A stretch of 64,000 nucleotides of DNA from Candidatus Latescibacterota bacterium (lineage in GTDB: Bacteria > Latescibacterota > UBA2968 > UBA8231): positions 864,001 to 928,000 of the forward strand of contig CBDFJF010000001.1 in assembly GCA_965248265.1 (NCBI GenBank), given 5' to 3'. The stretch's first letter is position 1. Each line of letters starts with the position of its first letter. Positions 31,233 through 41,470 of the stretch are shown here, piece by piece. The notes beneath the pieces were generated by a model. That model saw nothing but the letters and a program-made list of their open reading frames with translations, did no database searches and had not been told where the DNA came from. The translations under genes were made by a program, and so were the position numbers.

Positions 31233-32504
31233 ATGATCCACCTTCGCCGTGTTGCCTCGAATAAGGAATTCTACACAGGCGCCGTCATCGAAATCAGCGG
31301 TCCGCGCAACAACCGCTTCATCCTCTGGCCTGAGGAGAAATGGGCCTGGGAGGAGGTGGACGGATCGGGCGGCGGCTTCATGCACGAGAACAACATCCTC
31401 GATTTCCGGCAGGAGAATGTGGGCGGCGCCATCTCCTACCGGCTCGACGTGGGGCCACAAGGATGCCGAACGCTCGTGCGCGTCATTCCCGGCGAGGATA
31501 CGGTCGTCATCGAGCACGAGATCGACAACCGGGGGCAGGGGTGGGTAGAGGGCGGCTCTCCCTGCTTCCAGATCGGGTATGCGCGCGACTTCCAATCGTG
31601 GGGATTCGAGCAGGCAAAGCGCTCGTTCGTGTGGACGCAGGAGAACGGCTTCACCTGGATCAGCGACACGCGCAGGACCGGGAAGACGAAAAACCGGGGG
31701 CGCAAGACGTTCTGTCAGGATTATCACCTGACCGATCCGACGACGGACTCGATTTTCGGACGGTCACCGGACCTTGCCGTCAGCCCGATGATCGGGGCCG
31801 TCTCGCGGGATGGCGCGCTGCTCGTCGGCTGCGCTGGCGACGAGGCGTCGGACGACGTCTGCCACGCGTTGCTCAACTGCCTTCACGTATTTGTCCGGCG
31901 TCCTGTGGGCCCTGGGAAGAAGAGGACCTTCAGCTACACCCTCTACTTTCTCGAGAACGACATCGGCCAGCTGGTTCGCCGGGCGGGGGCGGATTATCCG
32001 CAATATCGTTTCCCACCTCCTGAAGCGGACAAGACGCGACTGGCAGGGGAGGGTACCGTTCTGGCCAGTTTCGAGGACCAGAGCGATCTGCGCCGGATCG
32101 TCGCGGAGAAGACCGTGCTCGAGAGCACAAGCAAGCGCCGGCTCACAGTGGAAAATGAGCAAGCGATAACTCATGGGGTGACGAACGGCCACGACGCGGT
32201 GCTTTGCGAATTCGCCGACGGCGGGCATATCGTCCTGCCTGCCTTGTTCCCGCCGGGGGGACGATGGCAATGGATCGCCGCGGACCTGACGATTCCAGTA
32301 GACCGGGAGGCCCGGATTCGCCTGAGCGCGCGCCGGGGCACGAAATCCGTGAGCCGAGATTTTACTCTTTATCCCGGCACGCCGCGCCGGTGCGTGCTGC
32401 CGCTGGGTCTACTTGCGGATTCAAACGAGGCGCTGGATCTGATCGTCGAGCCGGCGGACGGCAAGGCGACGCTGGCGCAGATGGACTGCCTGTCGGCGTT
32501 CTGA
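31233..32504 (+). CDS. Hypothetical protein (beta-rich)
   Basis: Long ORF with host-like codon usage and AAAGGA RBS. No family recognised. Confidence 0.65.
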   Translation: MIHLRRVASNKEFYTGAVIEISGPRNNRFILWPEEKWAWEEVDGSGGGFMHENNILDFRQENVGGAISYRLDVGPQGCRTLVRVIPGEDTVVIEHEIDNRGQGWVEGGSPCFQIGYARDFQSWGFEQAKRSFVWTQENGFTWISDTRRTGKTKNRGRKTFCQDYHLTDPTTDSIFGRSPDLAVSPMIGAVSRDGALLVGCAGDEASDDVCHALLNCLHVFVRRPVGPGKKRTFSYTLYFLENDIGQLVRRAGADYPQYRFPPPEADKTRLAGEGTVLASFEDQSDLRRIVAEKTVLESTSKRRLTVENEQAITHGVTNGHDAVLCEFADGGHIVLPALFPPGGRWQWIAADLTIPVDREARIRLSARRGTKSVSRDFTLYPGTPRRCVLPLGLLADSNEALDLIVEPADGKATLAQMDCLSAF

Positions 32505-32730
32505 GTCTCGGAGAGCGCGGGCTGGGGCGCGCGTAGACCCATCCGAATCGAAGACTTGCCAGGACGCCGCCGCCGCGCTCATGGAACTCGTGAGGGGAGC
32601 CTGTCGGGGAATGAGCACAAAGACATCCCGTCCAGGTACTCGTGTTATATTGGGCAGCAGCACAGAACCCGACCGAGCATCGGAGTAGCAGTGAGATGGT
32701 CACGGGGTCAAGAACGAAAAGGAGGTCTGG

Positions 32731-33402
32731 ATGCACGAACTTGATCTTGTCGTGTTCGATATGGCAGGAACTACTGTGCGAGCAACAGATCAGGTGCCTG
32801 CCGCTTTTCGCGAAGCCTTCGAACAGGTGGGAGTGATATTGTCCGACGAGGAAATTCAGTCTGTCAGAGGCAGGTCAAAGCGTGAGGCAATCTCAGATCT
32901 TTTGACCCGCCATCCCAGTGCAGAAGACGAGCGGCGGGTCGCAACTAGCATATACGACAACTTCCAGCGCATTCTGATAGAGTGTTACGAGGAACATGGA
33001 GTTGAATCAGTCGATGGTGCCGATGGAACGCTTGAGTGGTTAAAGACACAAGGTGTGAAGGTCGCACTAAGCACAGGATTTGACCGAGCCTTAGCGGATC
33101 TGTTGTTACGAATGATTGGCTGGGACAAGTCAGTAGACGTGGTTGTATGTAACGAAGACGTACCTCGAGGACGTCCAGCGCCCTATCTGATATTTCGTGC
33201 AATGGAATGGACGAGCTCCGAGTGTATCCACCGTGTTGCCGCTGTAGGCGATACAATTTCTGATCTGCAAGCTGCTTTTAACGCCGGGGCGCGTTGGAGC
33301 ATTGGAGTGTTATCGGGAGCCCATTCCGAAACGCAGCTTAAATCCTGCCCTCATAGCGAGATCATCGAGAGTGTCAAAGAGTTGCCCTCCGTGTTCAAGT
33401 AA
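32731..33402 (+). CDS. Phosphonatase-like HAD hydrolase
   Basis: VVFDMAGTTV, STGF, GRPAPYLIFRAME, VGDTISDL. AGGAGG RBS. More AT-rich than its neighbours. Confidence 0.85.
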   Translation: MHELDLVVFDMAGTTVRATDQVPAAFREAFEQVGVILSDEEIQSVRGRSKREAISDLLTRHPSAEDERRVATSIYDNFQRILIECYEEHGVESVDGADGTLEWLKTQGVKVALSTGFDRALADLLLRMIGWDKSVDVVVCNEDVPRGRPAPYLIFRAMEWTSSECIHRVAAVGDTISDLQAAFNAGARWSIGVLSGAHSETQLKSCPHSEIIESVKELPSVFK

Positions 33403-33451
33403 AAGGACGATCCTGGTTGAAGGAAGTGCGGCCATACTCGCGCATGGCGAC

Positions 33452-33660
33452 GCCGAGTAGAGCAGAGGAATCTCACCCCCACTCCCTCACAGATCCGGAC
33501 GTGAGCCTCTCGGCTCATCCGGCTCGTATCGTCCAGCCGTAGGCGGGACAAGGCTCCAATGCACAAACAGGTCGAGTTGGCGACGAGCAAGCCGCTTCAG
33601 CCACCCCCGCGCCCGTTTGTCAGAAAGCCTGTACGTCCGCCGTAAGATCGCTTGCGGCTG
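33452..33660 (-). mobile_element. Group II intron 3' remnant (end of maturase, domains V and VI)
   Basis: DV GAGCCGGATGAGCCGAGAGGCTCACGTCCGGATC, then DVI TGTGAGGGAGTGGGGGTGAGATTCCTCTGCTCTACTCGGC. Upstream codons read RRTYRL..KRARGWLKRLARRQLDLFVHW (maturase X-domain end). Confidence 0.88.
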
Positions 33661-33715
33661 GGGCAGGTCGTCAGCCACGACCGCGATGGGTCGGATCTTG
33701 CTCTGACCGCGATCG

Positions 33716-34678
33716 CTACGCGTCGAATACCAGCGTTGCTTCCCCCACACCGGTCAATCGGCCCAGCTGATTCACGCCTATGATGTCGACGTCGACCAGA
33801 CGCACGCTGTCGGTCTCTCGTTTCGTCACCACGGTGCCTCGGTAGGTGTTGGTGTCCCCCGGGCGAAAGTTGTTGATCGATTTGAATAGCAGGCGGCCGC
33901 CCCCGTAGAGCGTGCTCGTCGGTGCCCAACGTTCGAGCATCTGGTCGACGAACCCCATGATCGTGATGCCCCCCACACCGTGGAGTGCGCCCCAGGGGAA
34001 CTTTCCCGCCTCATGGTTGAAGGCGCTGCTCTGCTTCTCCGCATCTTTCGCGTCGATGTCATGTCCTTCGACTTCCGTCTTCAGCGCGGAGTGAATGGTG
34101 AACGGGCAAACTGTATCACCGGCGGCGATGTCGTCGTAGATGACCGTCGCCACCGCCTCTTTCGGATGGGTCTCTTCCAACCGCGACGGCTCGAGCCCCT
34201 CGGACGGTTTTCTGGCTCCCGCGCCGGAGGCTGCTTTCCCTTTCTCGGGTTTGCTGCCGAATTCGAAGATCGAGGTGTGGTCTATCTCGGCGACTTTCTC
34301 ACCTCTCTGGTTTGTCGGCTCGATTCGAACGGTGACGAACTTGTTGCCTCGGCGTTCGTACTTTTCGAGTACGCGGGCGACGCTGGTGATCGTATCGCCG
34401 AGCCGAATGGGTGCGAACCATCGTCCCTCGCATTTGGCGAACGGCGTCGCGTGTCCGGTGACGACGGCCATCCCGTTGTTTTCGGCGATGCCGCCGCGGT
34501 TTTTTGGTGCCAGGCTGAAGATCTGGGTTGGCATGGTGATGGTGCTGTCGGAGTTCGGATTCCTTACGACTCCCGCATGTTTGGCCATCGACTCGACGGT
34601 GACTTCCCGCACGAACGGTCCTGCCTCTTGTCCCACCTCGACCGCTTCGTAGTCCCACACTCTCGTTTCTGTCGTCAT
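33716..34678 (-). CDS. Double hot-dog (MaoC-like) dehydratase family protein
   Basis: PIRLGDTITSVARVLEKYERRG..NQRGE and FRPGDT...NQLGR: two hot-dog halves. Confidence 0.8.
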   Translation of the reverse strand: MTTETRVWDYEAVEVGQEAGPFVREVTVESMAKHAGVVRNPNSDSTITMPTQIFSLAPKNRGGIAENNGMAVVTGHATPFAKCEGRWFAPIRLGDTITSVARVLEKYERRGNKFVTVRIEPTNQRGEKVAEIDHTSIFEFGSKPEKGKAASGAGARKPSEGLEPSRLEETHPKEAVATVIYDDIAAGDTVCPFTIHSALKTEVEGHDIDAKDAEKQSSAFNHEAGKFPWGALHGVGGITIMGFVDQMLERWAPTSTLYGGGRLLFKSINNFRPGDTNTYRGTVVTKRETDSVRLVDVDIIGVNQLGRLTGVGEATLVFDA

Positions 34679-34804
34679 GCAGACGCGCTCTTCCTTTCTT
34701 GCTCCGTGGGCGAAGATTTGCTACCTAAAGTGGCTCAGATGTAGTAGGCAGCACAAGACGGAGCCTGCCGCATTCCAGTTTCATCCGATCGAAAAGGCCA
34801 ACCA

Positions 34805-37225
34805 GTGACGCAAGCGCTCAACGGACTCCAGGTGGTCGAGCTGGCGGAGGGCTTAGCCGGACCCTTCTGCGGCAAGCTGATGGCTGGTCTGGGCGCCGAC
34901 GTCGTCAAGGTCGAACCGCCGGCGGGTGACGCTGCCAGGAGACGGGGACCCTTCCCCGGGGACGACCCCGATCCGGAGGCCAGCGGGCTCTTCCTTTATC
35001 TCAACACAGGCAAGAAAGGTGTCATCCTCGACCTCGACAGAGAAGGCGGTACCCGTCACCTGATCGAAATGGTTCGAACGGCGGACGTGTTCATCTGCGC
35101 GCACGGATCCTCCTTTCTCGGGCGGCACGGCCTCCATTACGGCGACCTTGTGGTTGTCAATCCCTCGCTGGTCATGCTGTCCATTACCCCGTTCGGGCTG
35201 AGCGGACCGTACAGCGAGTTTCACGCCACCAATCTCATCGTCCATGCCCTGAGCGGCGAGATGCATCTGGCCGGCGTCAACAGTCTTCCGCCGCTCAAGA
35301 AAGGCGGCAACCTGGCCGACTATCACGCCGGCATGCAGGGATTCATCGGGGCGATCGCGGCCTTGTTCACGCGCCATAGCAGCGGTTGCGGACAACACGT
35401 CGAAGTCTCCCACCTGACCAGTCTGACGTCCATCCTCGGGGCAACCTTGAACGGGTGGCTCTACGACGAAAAGGTGTCCGGGCGCGGTGATGCCGATCCC
35501 TGGAGCCTCGGCACGGCGGCCCAACGAGGCGCCGATGGGACTCGCTGGGGGCCTGGAGGCGTCTGGCAGGCGCAGGATGGATACGTCCTCGCCTACGGAA
35601 GGGCGTCAGCCGACTGGGAGGGACTGCTCAAGGACATGGGAGGCGAGCTGGCCGACCCTCGATTTGCCACGACGGAAGGCCGTGATGAGCATGTCGATGA
35701 ACTCAACGAGCTGTTCCGATCGTGGATATCCACTCACGCCAAAGAGGAAACCTATCGGCTGGCCCAGCGCCATCGGCATTCGTACGGATTCGCCGCCGAC
35801 GCCGGAGATCTGTTGCGCTCGTCGCAATTGGAGGCCAGGGGATTTTTTGTCGAGATCGACCATCCTGCCGCCGGCACTCTGCCGTTTCCCGGTGCTCCCT
35901 TCATCATGAGCCGCACCCCATTCCAATTCGGGAGGGCTCCCCGGCTCGGAGAGCACGGCCTCGAGGCGCCGTCCGCCAGCGGTAGTTCCGGCAGCGAGCG
36001 GCCGCTTCAGCAGATTGATTCACCACCCGACAGCGACAAGCCACTCGCCGGCGTCCGCGTGCTGGATTTTACTCACGTGTGGGCCGGGCCGTATTGCACC
36101 AGAATCCTCGCCGATCTCGGGGCGCAGGTGATCAAGGTCGAGTCCATCACCCGAGGCGACGGCGGTCGCGGAAAAGGGATCGGCCGGTTTTACGCCTATA
36201 ACCGCAACAAACTCGGGTTGACCCTCGACCTGCAGGCGGAAGAAGGTGCTGCGCATATCCGTCAACTCATCGGCAACGCCGATATCGTCGTCGAGAACTT
36301 CAGCGTCGGAGTCATGAAGCGGCTCGGCATCGATTACGACGAATGCATGACCATCAAACCGGACATAGTGTATTTGTCGATGCCCGCCTTTGGCAGAACG
36401 GGCCCGGAGTCGTCGTTCACCGGGATGGGTGCCACACAGGAGGCCCTGTCGGGGCTTCTCAGCATCACGGGCCATCCCGGGACGCTGCCCAATCCCACGG
36501 GCGTCAAGTACGGCGATCCAAACGCCGGGGTGCTGGGGGCCATCGCCGCACTGACGGCGCTGTGGCACCGACGCCATACTGGTGAGGGACAGCTGATCGA
36601 CCTGTCCCAGCGTGAGGCCAACATCTGTACGTTGCCGGAGATCGTCCTCGACTATGCTATGAACGAGCGAACGATGTGCGCAGTCGGCAACAAGCACCCC
36701 GACCGCGCCCCGAGAGGTTGCTACCGCTGCGCTGGAGAAGACCGGTGGATCGCCATCGACGTCGAGACCGATGCGCAGTTTCAGGCGCTGGCCGATGCAA
36801 TGGGCCGATCCGATCTGGCCACCGATTCGCGCTTTGCCGCCGCCAGTGGCCGAAAGCGGCACGAGGAAGAGATCGACTCGATCATCGAGAGTTGGACATT
36901 GACCACAGATTCATATCGGGCAATGCACACCCTCCAGAGCGCCGGAGTGCCTGCCGGGGCCGTGCTGACCAATCAGCAGGTCGTCGAGGATCCCCACTTC
37001 GCTGCTCAAGAGTTTTTCGTTGAGGTCGACGCCAACGTGCACACCGCGCCACCGTGGCGGTTCTCGGAGACCAGGCTCGACATCCGGCGTGCCCCCTCGC
37101 TCGGCCAGCACAATGAGTACATCCTCGGCGAGATACTGGGACTCGAGGATCGCGAAATCGAGCTGTTGAAGAGCAACCACGTCATCGGCACAGAGCCCTT
37201 AACCCGGAGCGCCACAAATCATTGA
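34805..37225 (+). CDS. CoA-transferase family III (CaiB/BaiF) with two tandem domains
   Basis: LNGLQVVEL..AGPFCGKLMAGLGADVVKVEPP and LAGVRVLDF..AGPYCTRILADLGAQVIKVE. Each half ends AP.LG(E/Q)H. Confidence 0.92.
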   Translation: MTQALNGLQVVELAEGLAGPFCGKLMAGLGADVVKVEPPAGDAARRRGPFPGDDPDPEASGLFLYLNTGKKGVILDLDREGGTRHLIEMVRTADVFICAHGSSFLGRHGLHYGDLVVVNPSLVMLSITPFGLSGPYSEFHATNLIVHALSGEMHLAGVNSLPPLKKGGNLADYHAGMQGFIGAIAALFTRHSSGCGQHVEVSHLTSLTSILGATLNGWLYDEKVSGRGDADPWSLGTAAQRGADGTRWGPGGVWQAQDGYVLAYGRASADWEGLLKDMGGELADPRFATTEGRDEHVDELNELFRSWISTHAKEETYRLAQRHRHSYGFAADAGDLLRSSQLEARGFFVEIDHPAAGTLPFPGAPFIMSRTPFQFGRAPRLGEHGLEAPSASGSSGSERPLQQIDSPPDSDKPLAGVRVLDFTHVWAGPYCTRILADLGAQVIKVESITRGDGGRGKGIGRFYAYNRNKLGLTLDLQAEEGAAHIRQLIGNADIVVENFSVGVMKRLGIDYDECMTIKPDIVYLSMPAFGRTGPESSFTGMGATQEALSGLLSITGHPGTLPNPTGVKYGDPNAGVLGAIAALTALWHRRHTGEGQLIDLSQREANICTLPEIVLDYAMNERTMCAVGNKHPDRAPRGCYRCAGEDRWIAIDVETDAQFQALADAMGRSDLATDSRFAAASGRKRHEEEIDSIIESWTLTTDSYRAMHTLQSAGVPAGAVLTNQQVVEDPHFAAQEFFVEVDANVHTAPPWRFSETRLDIRRAPSLGQHNEYILGEILGLEDREIELLKSNHVIGTEPLTRSATNH

Positions 37226-37337
37226 GACGGGCGCCTGTCTCTTGCTACTGCTCATTATGTGGCTGATTTTGACATGAAACCACCACCACACAGCGTCTTG
37301 CGAAGCTGGCTCATCAGTGAAGGCCAGAGTTGGTTGT

Positions 37338-37799
37338 ATGGCAAGAGAACCACTTCAGGTAATCGTGATTCCCTTCCGACGGAAAAGTGAGCGTGAGTTC
37401 GAGTTCGCCGTTTTCCATCGGAGTGACGGATCGATGTGGCAGTTCATCTCAGGCGGAGCCGAAGACCAGGAAGACGCGTTGCAGGCCGCACAGCGGGAGG
37501 CTGAAGAGGAAGCCTTTATTCCAAGCGATGCACCACTGATTCGGTTGGATTCTCGGGCTTCTGTACCGAAGACCGCATTTACACCAGTCGATCACTGGCC
37601 GGAGGACATTTTTGTTGTGCCGGAATTTTCGTTCGCGGTCGAGCTAAGGGACCGAGAATTGGTCCTGTCTCACGAACACGACGAAGTAAGGTGGTTGTCC
37701 TTCAAGGAGGCCACCGAGCTCCTTACCTGGGACAGCAACCAAACCGCTCTTTGGGAGCTCAACGAGCGCTTGGTCAACAATCGTGTTCGGCCGGTTTAG
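37338..37799 (+). CDS. NUDIX pyrophosphohydrolase (NudB/dATP pyrophosphatase-like)
   Basis: WQFISGGAEDQEDALQAAQREAEEE Nudix box, LSHEH. Confidence 0.85.
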   Translation: MAREPLQVIVIPFRRKSEREFEFAVFHRSDGSMWQFISGGAEDQEDALQAAQREAEEEAFIPSDAPLIRLDSRASVPKTAFTPVDHWPEDIFVVPEFSFAVELRDRELVLSHEHDEVRWLSFKEATELLTWDSNQTALWELNERLVNNRVRPV

Positions 37800-37903
37800 C
37801 GCCCATCGTCTCTACAGCGTGTTACTCGGAGAAACAGGGCTCGACGAACCATCTGGATTTCTTCGCATTCAACCAGGTAGAACATAGTCAGAGAGGTACT
37901 GTG

Positions 37904-38932
37904 ATGGCGACACGCATGCAACTGGCCGATCTCGAGATGGCCGATGAAAACGACCCGAATTCACAGAAGGTGGCTTTGCTGGAAGCGCCTTATCGGATAT
38001 CTACGGCCTGGGCGAAGATACCGGAACCGTGCGAAAACGAAGTGCGAGTCAAGGTCAAGTGGGTCGGCGTGTGTGGCTCAGATGTCGAGGTCTATCGCGG
38101 AACGCGCAACCCCGACTACCTGTCGATGCCGACGCGGCTGGGACACGAGGTTGCGGGCGTTATCGACAAGCTGGGCACAAACGTGCAGGGCATCAACGTC
38201 GGCGACCAGGTAACCTGTCGCTACGTTTGGGGAGCCTTTGCGGAGTACATTGTCTGCCGGCCGTTCAATGTAATGAGACTACCGGATGATTTCCCGCTGA
38301 AGGAAGTAAGCCTCATCGAAATACTTCCCGGCATTATCCATGCGGCCGAGCTGGCTGAGATTGATTCGACTAAGACGGTGCTTGTCATCGGCCAGGGCGT
38401 CAGCGGATTGACCCTGACACAAGTCCTGTCCCTGTATAGCCCCAAAAGCCTGGTGGTGACTGACCTGAAAGATCGCAACCTGCAACTCGCCCATAAGTAT
38501 GGGGCAACCCACACCTACAAGATTCCCACACCTCAGACGCCCACCATGGAGGTGGTGGGCAAGGACTTCCCCGAAGGGTTCGACGTGGTCATCCCATGCC
38601 TGATAGAAGGAAGCGGCATGGTGGACGCCATCGACACAGCTGCAGTTTGCGGGCGCATCGTCATGTATGGTTGCATAGAGGTCTGCAACGAGCCGTTTGA
38701 TTTTTACAAAGTTCACTACAAGCGTTTGAGTATCCACTCAACCGAGCCTCGGCGGGATATCGATATGAGGCGTTTCTTTCAAGAGGGCGTCCATCTGGTG
38801 TTGGACGGTTTGGTTAATACCGCCGAGATCGTCACACATGAGGTGCCGCTGAGCGACATCGACCGAGCACTCGCGTTGCGCGACGACCAGACGAATAACG
38901 CGATCCATGTTCTCGTCGATTGCGAAATATAG
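37904..38932 (+). CDS. Zn-dependent medium-chain dehydrogenase
   Basis: GVCGSD, LGHEVAG, VIGQGVSG. Confidence 0.88.
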   Translation: MATRMQLADLEMADENDPNSQKVALLEAPYRISTAWAKIPEPCENEVRVKVKWVGVCGSDVEVYRGTRNPDYLSMPTRLGHEVAGVIDKLGTNVQGINVGDQVTCRYVWGAFAEYIVCRPFNVMRLPDDFPLKEVSLIEILPGIIHAAELAEIDSTKTVLVIGQGVSGLTLTQVLSLYSPKSLVVTDLKDRNLQLAHKYGATHTYKIPTPQTPTMEVVGKDFPEGFDVVIPCLIEGSGMVDAIDTAAVCGRIVMYGCIEVCNEPFDFYKVHYKRLSIHSTEPRRDIDMRRFFQEGVHLVLDGLVNTAEIVTHEVPLSDIDRALALRDDQTNNAIHVLVDCEI

Positions 38933-39074
38933 GAATCCTCTGACCTGGTACGAGAATGCGTACCGGGCTCGCCTCCGTCGAGGACGACTGTGCGCAACCC
39001 AGCCCGTCGAAATTCTGGACCGTGGCACCTACTTGATTAAGCCGGAAAGACCCGGGTTTCCGGAAGGTCGAGAA

Positions 39075-39875
39075 ATGGACTGCAGTTCGCCCAGACCACG
39101 ACAGTATTGGAACGACTACGCGTCCCGATTCAAGAATCGCAGTTTGGCGGAGGCTTATGAGCTCCGTCCTCCCTATCCAGATGAGATGTACAAGATCCTT
39201 CTGAACCTTCTAGGAGAGCAGAAGAGGGTTTTAGATGTCGGGTGTGGTCCAGGAAAGATTGCACGACCGCTCGTCAATCACGTAGGCGGTGTTGATGCAG
39301 TCGATTTCTCACACGAGATGATTCGGGTGGGCAAGTCGCTCATCAATGGCGACCATCCAGGCCTTCAATGGATCCATGGACGAGTCGAGGAGGTGCAGTT
39401 GAACGCGACCTACGGCCTGGTGACAGCTGGAGCAAGTATCCACTGGATGGAATGGGGCGTAGTGTTCCCGAGATTCAAGGAAGTGCTGGCAGAAGATGGG
39501 TTCGTTGTGATCATAGATGGCGACCGTCCGATCGGGTCGACGCCGTGGCGCGATGCAGAGCTGCCTTTGATTCGAAAATACTCGACCAATCGGCACTACG
39601 AAGAGATCGATCTGATACAGGAGCTCGTGGACAGAGGACATTTTCAGCCAGCTGGTGACAGGCTGACGAAGCCGGTTTCATTCTCCCAGTCCGTTTCGGA
39701 CTATATCGCCTCATTCCATTCGAGAGAAAGCATGTCCCTGGAGCACATGGGCGAGGATAAGGCCCTGGCCTTCGACACCGAGTTGTCGGGCATCCTCTCT
39801 GAGTTTGCCGATGACGTCGGACGGCTCTGCTTCCTGGTGCAGACGAGAGTAGTCTGGGGTAGGCCACTCGCTTAA
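39075..39875 (+). CDS. Class I SAM-dependent methyltransferase
   Basis: YELRPPYP, VLDVGCGPG, ASIHWM. Confidence 0.88.
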   Translation: MDCSSPRPRQYWNDYASRFKNRSLAEAYELRPPYPDEMYKILLNLLGEQKRVLDVGCGPGKIARPLVNHVGGVDAVDFSHEMIRVGKSLINGDHPGLQWIHGRVEEVQLNATYGLVTAGASIHWMEWGVVFPRFKEVLAEDGFVVIIDGDRPIGSTPWRDAELPLIRKYSTNRHYEEIDLIQELVDRGHFQPAGDRLTKPVSFSQSVSDYIASFHSRESMSLEHMGEDKALAFDTELSGILSEFADDVGRLCFLVQTRVVWGRPLA

Positions 39876-40061
39876 GTAATCGCACAGCTACGGTTCTCAC
39901 TACCAAGCAACTGAGCGATGTGGAGGACAAGCGATGTCCTGCGGATCCTATGACTGATGATCCGTTGTGGTGATTGCCCGTCAGACTTGGGAACAGAAGG
40001 CATCGAGCGACCTACAAGCGCGTCGCGAAGCGCACCTACGGCCAACGAGAGTGGTGCTTCG

Positions 40062-41174
40062 TCAGTCCTTTACCTGCGCAGCGATCTGGGTCATGTACGC
40101 TTCCCGGCCCATTTGTGGCTTCTTGTACTGCCAGCGCGACCGGCTGGGGATCATTCGCAGACTGCGGTCCTCCAGAGGAAGGCGTACGGGCGCGTGCCCT
40201 TGTCGGTGGGACTCCCTTATCGCGATGGCCATCTCCAGAACGCGACGCCCATTGTCCCCGCTACCTATCGGCTCAGTGTCGTTCTCCAGTGCGTCGACGG
40301 TGCCATCAACGCTCGCCAGGTTTCTGTCGCCGGGCCACTTCCAGCCGTCGGGCTCGTACGAGGCGCTCGTCCTCATGGGCGTCTCGCGGAACCCCGCATC
40401 GACCTTCTCATACCCCCCGGACCCGTCGGCCTTCCAGAGACTGACCATGGTGTTAGCGTATCTGATGAGCCCTCCGGTGAGAGCGACTTCGAGGCCGGTC
40501 CTGGAATCGCTCTCCCGGTGAATGAACCCCTCAACGCCGTTGACGAATCGAACGTACCCCGCCCCGCCCTGGTCGTAGTCGCTCCAAGCGTCGTTTGCAA
40601 CCCACCCTGTCATCCAGGAAACGTCGACGCTTCCGGCATAGAATCTCATGAGGCTGAATAGCTGGCAGCCCCCACCCGACATCTCCGCGCCGCTGCCACC
40701 GTAGAACGTAATACTCTTCACGTCTCCAAATTCGCCCGAGTCGACCATCCCTCGCGCTTTCCCATGGTCGGGCAGGTTGACGTCGAGGTCACCCGAGCCG
40801 AACTTGATGCCTCTCGATTTACATGCGGTCACCATGCGGTCAGCGTCCTCCAGGCTGGCGGCGATGGGTTTCTCGCACAGGATGGCCTTGACGCCAGCCT
40901 CGGCGCAGTCAATGACAACGCCCGGGTTCGGCTGCACCGGCAGGATGGGGGCCGCGATATCTATCTCTTCCTTCTCGAGCATCTCCCGGTGGTCGGCGTA
41001 ACCGGGAATATTGAACCTGCGGCAGAATATCTTCAGATTTTCTTCGTCGGTGTCGGCAGCCGCGACGATCCTCGTCAACGGGTGGATGCGGTAGGCCCTC
41101 GCATGCTGGGCCCCTTTCCTACCGATGCCTATGGCTCCGACTCGGTACTTGCCTTCGGCGTTCGGGTCAGACAA
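40062..41174 (-). CDS. Gfo/Idh/MocA family oxidoreductase (paralog of 12967-14088)
   Basis: IGIGRKG, CEKP. Shares the LPLEDRSL..P..RW..K...MGREAYM tail with the paralog. Confidence 0.9.
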   Translation of the reverse strand: MSDPNAEGKYRVGAIGIGRKGAQHARAYRIHPLTRIVAAADTDEENLKIFCRRFNIPGYADHREMLEKEEIDIAAPILPVQPNPGVVIDCAEAGVKAILCEKPIAASLEDADRMVTACKSRGIKFGSGDLDVNLPDHGKARGMVDSGEFGDVKSITFYGGSGAEMSGGGCQLFSLMRFYAGSVDVSWMTGWVANDAWSDYDQGGAGYVRFVNGVEGFIHRESDSRTGLEVALTGGLIRYANTMVSLWKADGSGGYEKVDAGFRETPMRTSASYEPDGWKWPGDRNLASVDGTVDALENDTEPIGSGDNGRRVLEMAIAIRESHRQGHAPVRLPLEDRSLRMIPSRSRWQYKKPQMGREAYMTQIAAQVKD

Positions 41175-41311
41175 AGTCGTTTCTCCTGGTTAAGGTGATT
41201 TCGATGCGCATTGCGGCCCGCGTGTCGCATCACCCTTAGTGGGAGCACAGGTGCGCCGAGTCGTCGTTTTACCGACACAGCATCTGCGTTTTCTGCGCTC
41301 CGACCGTCAGC

Positions 41312-41341
41312 ACTATAGAGGCTATTATCGATCTCTGTCAA
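41312..41341 (-). promoter_or_regulatory. Sigma-70-type promoter for the Gfo/Idh/MocA gene
   Basis: Minus-strand TTGACA-N18-TATAGT. Confidence 0.55.
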
Positions 41342-41470
41342 GGTCTGGGGCGCATGAGCGTGTTAAGAGGGTGAGTCCTTGATGATCGTTTGAGGCCTCG
41401 CAGAGTTCTGACCATCGTTTGCATACCGTGATGGTCGGTCCGGTTTTTCCACGAACGGAGGACCGCACAG

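Noticed and set aside
32731-33402. Calling the HAD hydrolase phnX
   Set aside because: Motif I is DMAGT rather than the DWAGT of true phosphonoacetaldehyde hydrolases, and no phnW is adjacent.
37770-37800. attC-like half sites after the NUDIX gene, and GTTAGG hexamers at ~2987, ~6074 and ~29098
   Set aside because: No matching complementary R''/L boxes at suitable spacing.
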